A DNA stretch of 64,000 bases from assembly GCA_038245785.1 (NCBI GenBank), contig JBBRSB010000014.1, positions 38,728 to 102,727 of the forward strand, read 5' to 3'. Position numbers and translations under genes: made by a program. The first letter of the stretch is position 1. Each line of letters begins with the position of its first letter. The stretch comes from Gloeobacterales cyanobacterium (GTDB lineage Bacteria > Cyanobacteriota > Cyanobacteriia > Gloeobacterales > PMM-0068). Under the pieces are notes generated by a model. It searched no databases. It saw nothing but the letters and a program-made list of their open reading frames with translations, and had not been told where the DNA came from. Shown piece by piece: positions 59,343-64,000 of this stretch.

Positions 59343-60617
59343 CTAATTACTCAGAGCTTCTTGAGGTTGAGGGGCACTATCCGGCTTCAGTGCTGCCATT
59401 CCATGCTCAGGTGCTCGTAGCTCCTCTTCCGCGATCACTGGCTCTTTTGTATAGACCGAACCTAGTAGAATATTAAGAACACCACCTTCATCGGCTTGCC
59501 GAATTGCCTGGTGCGTAATCAATTCACCTACGTTGAGAATTATCTTATCTTGTGGGTCAAGAATGACGCGATTCACCGGACGACCGATTGACTGCTCGAT
59601 CCGCTGTTCTTTAATCACACGAGCGCTGCGCCCTTTAAATTCTTCAGTTTTTGCTTGCAGCGATCGCCAAAAGGTACCAAGATTTTCTTGAACAGCAGTG
59701 GTTTGATTTTGCATTTTCCCCTTCGTCTCTGCCCAGCTATCACTGGCGCTTGCAAACGCTGCCTCAGAAGGAGCCAAACCTACTGAACTGAGTAAGGTAG
59801 CTTCTTTGCCATATGTCTGAGCACGAGTAATCACAATATCTGTGACGATTTGCCCTGGAGCAGCAATCACAGCTCCCTCGTCTGACCGCACCATTTGAGT
59901 CGCTCGACGACCTTTTGCCTGCTCGACCGAGTTTCGCGCCGCTAAACCGTTTGTAGAGTGCTGAATGCTATCCGTCGCGGTTTGAGTTGTGCTCCTGAGT
60001 CTGCTGCCTGCTGTCTCTGCTGTTTCTTGCAGCTTGTGCTGTGCATTTTCCGCAGATTCTTGTAGCTTGTCGCCCGTTGCCTGCATCGCTCCTTTTATAC
60101 CACCGACTTGCTCTTCCATTAGGCGAGCAGTTGCAGGAGGCACAAAGGCAACGTCCTCTCCAATCTTGAGCGTTTCGGGAGCCGGAACAAACGACCGCCC
60201 CGAGTACGCATCCGCAAACAGTCCACCAGAAGCTTCATAGCCCTCGATCGCTCCGGTCACCTCATCAAAGAACAAGTCTGACATCGTGCCCAAATCAAGA
60301 CCATCAGTAGTAAGAATTTTTGTGCCGCTGAGAATATTATTGTGATGCAGAATTTCTTTAATTTCAGGCATCTGGTCAGCTGTCACAACTGACTCACTGG
60401 AGTGAACGACGATCGCATCCGACCCGATTACCTGCACCTCTTGCAAAGGCAATACCTTCGCGCTCCGAAAAAAACCTTTTTCTCGCACTAAAAAGCCGAG
60501 TAGCCGATTGCGCTTCTGATCGAAAATTAAGTCTTGGACATGCTCGATTCGTTTGCCAGTGTCATAGGTGACGATCACTTTACCAATGACATCATTACCT
60601 TTACGCATTGTTTTCAC
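59343..60617 (-). CDS. PRC-barrel domain protein
   Basis: Two PRC barrels (IGKVIVTYDTGKRIEHVQDLIFD; GTKILTTDGLDLGTMSDLFFD) plus LEA-like Q/E/A-rich helices. Confidence 0.85.
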   Translation of the reverse strand: MKTMRKGNDVIGKVIVTYDTGKRIEHVQDLIFDQKRNRLLGFLVREKGFFRSAKVLPLQEVQVIGSDAIVVHSSESVVTADQMPEIKEILHHNNILSGTKILTTDGLDLGTMSDLFFDEVTGAIEGYEASGGLFADAYSGRSFVPAPETLKIGEDVAFVPPATARLMEEQVGGIKGAMQATGDKLQESAENAQHKLQETAETAGSRLRSTTQTATDSIQHSTNGLAARNSVEQAKGRRATQMVRSDEGAVIAAPGQIVTDIVITRAQTYGKEATLLSSVGLAPSEAAFASASDSWAETKGKMQNQTTAVQENLGTFWRSLQAKTEEFKGRSARVIKEQRIEQSIGRPVNRVILDPQDKIILNVGELITHQAIRQADEGGVLNILLGSVYTKEPVIAEEELRAPEHGMAALKPDSAPQPQEALSN

Positions 60618-60634
60618 CTTCAGGTTTGCTGTAA

Positions 60635-60832
60635 CTAAAGCTGTTTATTAAGAATGACTTGGGCATCTAAAGTCTGACTTAGTAATGGTCTATATTGTCC
60701 CTCCAGACCAAACCCAGGAATTAGATCAATAACTCCGAAATATTCGAGCAGAACAGCTGAGAGTGCAACCACTAAGAGCAATATGATCAGATTAGCTACT
60801 GGGTCAGGGCGCCGCCCTACGAGTCTCGGCAT
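60635..60832 (-). CDS. Small membrane protein
   Basis: One TM helix; LEYFGVIDLIPGFG; AAGGA upstream. Confidence 0.6.
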   Translation of the reverse strand: MPRLVGRRPDPVANLIILLLVVALSAVLLEYFGVIDLIPGFGLEGQYRPLLSQTLDAQVILNKQL

Positions 60833-60861
60833 GTCTTTTTCCTTTTGATCTATGCTGACTC

Positions 60862-60939
60862 ACAATAAAATTTACTTGCTTAGAATTCGCCCTCCTTAAG
60901 AGGCATCTTGCTCACTTGTTTCATCTATCAATAGATGGA
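60862..60939 (-). promoter_or_regulatory. Stress-cluster promoter with two palindromic sites
   Basis: TCTATC-aata-GATGGA (60924-60939) and CCCTCC-ttaa-GAGGCA (60890-60905); TATTGT 22 nt after the latter. Confidence 0.6.
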
Positions 60940-61019
60940 GGTTAAAAAGGTTGCTTGAATAAAGGTCAAGTGACCAGAATCTTTATTCACAATCCCTGTG
61001 TCCCTGAACTTTGCCGAGG

Positions 61020-61259
61020 GGAGACTGATATTGTTGAAGCCATTGTTGATATTGTTGGGTCAGTCGAGCATCTCCCTGCACCTACCAAACCCAGATATGC
61101 ATATCAAGAACAATCACTGCAACACTTCCCACTCCTCCGCAGGAACAGCGGGTTTGAAGAGATCTTCGTAATGGTTGGCTGCTTGCCACGCAATGGCCAG
61201 ATTCCCTCAATCTGCTCTAATCCTATGTCCTTCTTTTTAGTTGATCACTATGTTTCCAT
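61020..61259 (-). pseudogene. Decayed VapBC-type toxin-antitoxin pair
   Basis: Antitoxin tail WPLRGKQP/HYEDLFKPAVPAEEWEVLQ* overlaps (GTGA) a PIN start VIVLDMHIWVW*VQGDARLTQQYQQWL with a nonsense codon at 61082-61084. Confidence 0.65.
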
Positions 61260-61409
61260 AATTCTTTCTAGACACATCAAAATTTGGCTCTCTTGGGATG
61301 AGGCCTCATATGGCAAACAATACATCCACATTTCTGATATTCAAAGGCAAAGATTTGCCTGCCTTAGCGATGGAGCTAGCAGCACTTTGTTTAGAGCAAT
61401 TTTTAAAGC

Positions 61410-61484
61410 TGGCTCCCCGGGCAAGATTCGAACTTGCGACCAATCGATTAACAGTCGACCGCTCTACCACTGAGCTACCGAGGA
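61410..61484 (-). tRNA. tRNA-Asn(GTT), CCA encoded
   Basis: TCCTCGGTAGCTCAGTGGTAGAGCGGTCGACTGTTAATCGATTGGTCGCAAGTTCGAATCTTGCCCGGGGAGCCA folds as a cloverleaf. Confidence 0.97.
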
Positions 61485-61615
61485 ATGTAGCGTTTACGGT
61501 CTCTGATGATACGCTGCTTCTAGGGTCAGGTGCAAGTTTTTCATTCGTATAATCTCGAACAAGTATTTCTGCTTATGTTCTGTAGAATAGGATCAACCTC
61601 ACGATCCGCTTTTCT

Positions 61616-61888
61616 ATGCATGTTCAGCCTTCTAACACCTACCAAGCCACGGAAACCCTCTCGGAGAGAGAGCTTCAAGTCCTAGAGCTGGTAGCGAAAG
61701 GACTGACCAATGAACAGATTGCCAAAAATTTGGACATCAGTAAGCGAACTGTGGACAACCATATCAGCAATATTTTGAATAAGACCAATACCGATAATCG
61801 GGTAGCCCTAGTGCGCTGGGCGCTCCAGTGGGGTAAAGTTTGCTTGGATGAAGTAAACTGCTGCACGATTCAAGATAAGGGAATTTAG
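61616..61888 (+). CDS. pedR: Small LuxR-type redox-responsive regulator PedR
   Basis: LSERELQVLELVAKGLTN..IA..L.ISKRTVDNHISNIL.KT...NRVALVRWALQWGKVCLDEVNCC with the three C-terminal Cys. Confidence 0.88.
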   Translation: MHVQPSNTYQATETLSERELQVLELVAKGLTNEQIAKNLDISKRTVDNHISNILNKTNTDNRVALVRWALQWGKVCLDEVNCCTIQDKGI

Positions 61889-61890
61889 CA

Positions 61891-62241
61891 GTGTCAGACC
61901 AAGTCTACCGTGTTACCTACCCTGGTATGACGTGGGCCATCTATCGAGAGTTAGAAGTCCATCTAGCTCAAATATTATCCGAAAGGCCCCAAATTCTCCT
62001 GCGCACCAACCCTGTTTATGATTACAACCTGGACCAGGTAGAGAGTTTGCTCTTTACTCCTACAGAAAATGAATCTAGCCGCACTCTTATTTGTGACGTG
62101 CTGATGCACTACCTAGCACGATGGCGCACGATGGCTACCCAAGTCGGCAAAGCTACAGTACAGAGCAGGAAGCAAGAGCTGTTATTAGAGACCTCAGACC
62201 GCAAGGCCTGTTTAGAATTTTTGACCGCTAATCCAAGTTGA
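61891..62241 (+). CDS. Hypothetical protein
   Basis: 2 nt after pedR; WAIYRELEVHLAQI...YDYNLDQVESL. Confidence 0.6.
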   Translation: MSDQVYRVTYPGMTWAIYRELEVHLAQILSERPQILLRTNPVYDYNLDQVESLLFTPTENESSRTLICDVLMHYLARWRTMATQVGKATVQSRKQELLLETSDRKACLEFLTANPS

Positions 62242-62494
62242 CTTGGACGAAGGTGCTCTTCCACTGCTCAGGCGTGTACGTTTTCAGGGCTAAAGCATGA
62301 ATGCGTCCGTCATCCAGATATTCCTGCAACACCGCATAGACTAATTTGTGCTGCTTGATCATCGTCAAACCCGCAAAACGGTCAGATACGATCAGAGCTT
62401 GCAGATGGTCGCCTGTGCCTGTCATGTCCTGTACTTGGACAGCACCGCCAGGAAAAGCAGCGGTGATCAGGGCTTCAACGTGTTCGGTATTCAT
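62228..62494 (-). CDS. bolA: BolA family protein
   Basis: DMTGTGDHL..IVSDRFAG..IKQHKLVY...IHALALKT.TP. Confidence 0.92.
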   Translation of the reverse strand: MNTEHVEALITAAFPGGAVQVQDMTGTGDHLQALIVSDRFAGLTMIKQHKLVYAVLQEYLDDGRIHALALKTYTPEQWKSTFVQVNLD

Positions 62495-62543
62495 GATGGA
62501 GAGGGATCGTGAGGGAAGGACTGATTCAGTTTACTGCCTCTTT

Positions 62544-63563
62544 CTATTTCTTCTTCTTCGCTTTGCGTCCTTCTGCCATCGTCTCATCCGCTAAAGTCAT
62601 ATCAGTCAGGGTCTGACCTGTAGTAGCCAGGAAAACGTCATCCAAGCTTGGGCGGGCCTGCGCCAAGCTAAAAATGGGTAACCCTGCCTGAGCTACGGTC
62701 TGTTGCAACGTAGAAAGAGCCATCGACCCAGCCTGTACAACTAAATAGAGCGCATTACCCTGACTCTTGTTAATGCCAACCTCTTGCACTTCTGGCAGCA
62801 CTTTCAACAGGGCAGAAGCCTTCTCCGCTTCTTCGAGGGGTGTAAACTCTCGAATTCTAATTGTTACCCGGTCACCCCCTAGGTTGTTTTTTAACTGGTC
62901 GGGCGTACCCTGCGCGATCACCTTGCCTCGGTCAATAATCGCCACTCGGTCCGCCAAAACATCGATCTCTTCTAAATAATGGCTGGTAATCAAGACAGTG
63001 GTACCTTGGGCTTTGATCGCCTGTAAAAACTCCCACACGGCTCGCCGACTTTGGATATCCAAGCCCACCGTTGGTTCATCTAGAACCAGAACCACAGGCG
63101 CATGAAGCATGGCACAAGCTAAGTCCAGCCGCTTCTTCATCCCCCCGGAGTAGCCGCCAATTCGATCATCGGCCCGGTCTGTAAGGTCAAGGATATCGAG
63201 GGCGGCCTCGATTCGTTGAGGAATAATCGCGCGCGGCAAGTGATACAAGTCAGCCTGGAAAGCCAGCAGCTCACGTCCGGTCAAGATTTTATCCTGCGCC
63301 ACTTCCTGCGCTACATAGCCCAAATAAGACCTCGCTCTACGCGGGTCATCGACTACGGAGACTCCTGCAATAGTCAAGGTGCCTTTGTCCGGTTTCTCCA
63401 AAGTGCACAGGCAGCGCAAAGTGGTCGTCTTTCCCGCACCATTCGGTCCGAGGACGCCAAAAATTTCCCCTGGCTCAATATCTAAGGAGATTCCCTTTAC
63501 GGCTTCGATCGAGCCATAGGATTTGTACAAGTCTTGGATGCGTATCGCAGGAGTCGTAACCAT
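62544..63563 (-). CDS. ABC-2 (DrrA-like) transporter ATP-binding protein
   Basis: GPNGAGKTT, YSGGMKKRLD, LVLDEPT, TSHYLEE, RPSLDDVF. Confidence 0.93.
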   Translation of the reverse strand: MVTTPAIRIQDLYKSYGSIEAVKGISLDIEPGEIFGVLGPNGAGKTTTLRCLCTLEKPDKGTLTIAGVSVVDDPRRARSYLGYVAQEVAQDKILTGRELLAFQADLYHLPRAIIPQRIEAALDILDLTDRADDRIGGYSGGMKKRLDLACAMLHAPVVLVLDEPTVGLDIQSRRAVWEFLQAIKAQGTTVLITSHYLEEIDVLADRVAIIDRGKVIAQGTPDQLKNNLGGDRVTIRIREFTPLEEAEKASALLKVLPEVQEVGINKSQGNALYLVVQAGSMALSTLQQTVAQAGLPIFSLAQARPSLDDVFLATTGQTLTDMTLADETMAEGRKAKKKK

Positions 63564-63605
63564 GAATTCTTCTCAGACGTGGAATCGCGCCTACCATTCT
63601 AGGTT

Positions 63606-63867
63606 AAAACCCCTCAGTCCCTACGGGACAGCTCCCCTCAAAGGGGAGCCTGTTCGGGGAGTAGAAAGATTGCTTGGGTATGGCTACAGACGCTGTCAAA
63701 GCTATAGGTTACTTCAGCATTAGGGAAACGGATTACTTGCAGGCTTACAATTTCTAAAATCGATGTGCAGCAAGCATCATAGGTTTGAGCTTGTTCGTAC
63801 AGTATTCTTGTATGCCCTCAATTCTACTCCCGGACCCGCAGTTCTCTCGTCCTAGAAAGGGCTCCCC
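63606..63867. repeat. Second, diverged copy of the REPIN-like element
   Basis: AAAACCCCTCAGTCCCTACGGGACAGCTCCCC-tca-AAGGGGAGCC arm, spacer with GGCTACAGACGCTG.CAAAGC, truncated right arm GGCTCCCCTT. Confidence 0.75.
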
Positions 63868-64000
63868 TTAGAGGCTATCCATTACGCAAAAGGGCGTAGA
63901 AGTGCTGCGGGGAATAGACTTGGGGCGTCGGTTGTAACAATGGGGAAACTTGAGTAGGATAAAACCTCCGCTCCTTCACGCCAAAGGTCAACACTATGCA

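Noticed and set aside
60955..61552. Plus-strand ORFs 60955-61473 and 61298-61552
   Set aside because: They overlap the tRNA and the minus-strand vapBC relic and have no protein-like features.

Overview
64 kb of a cyanobacterial chromosome (psaL, ndhS, pedR, narB/nrtP, cyanobacterial-type pgi and cobT). The short divergent PsaL without an adjacent psaI and the apparent scarcity of HIP1 suggest an early-branching, Gloeobacterales-like host, which is inference only. A housekeeping backbone (pgi, prk-like, rplS, ald, nnr, tpiA, cobT, pepA, purU, narB-nrtP, lpdA, guaA, tRNA-Asn, pedR, bolA) is interrupted by accessory patches. (i) An AT-rich islet at about 12.0-14.7 kb holds a three-gene module ending in a 5'-truncated ADP-ribosyltransferase-like toxin, IS5 and Uma2 scars, a MITE with an 8-bp target duplication and a HEPN + zinc-ribbon gene. 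(ii) Three tandem paralogues of an unknown ~120-aa protein lie at 31.3-33.3 kb, with conserved flanking hairpins and a solitary integron attC-like site. (iii) A ~14-kb general-stress/desiccation-type cluster (47-61 kb) sits beside tRNA-Asn. The best new signal is in (iii): six promoters share a palindrome TCTATC-N4-GATAGA placed exactly 22 nt before a TAN3T -10 box. This is NtcA/Crp-like geometry with a different specificity and points to an uncharacterised Crp-family stress regulon. Several decayed toxin-antitoxin modules and a REPIN-like dispersed repeat are also visible. All family assignments come from motif recognition by eye; no database search was run.
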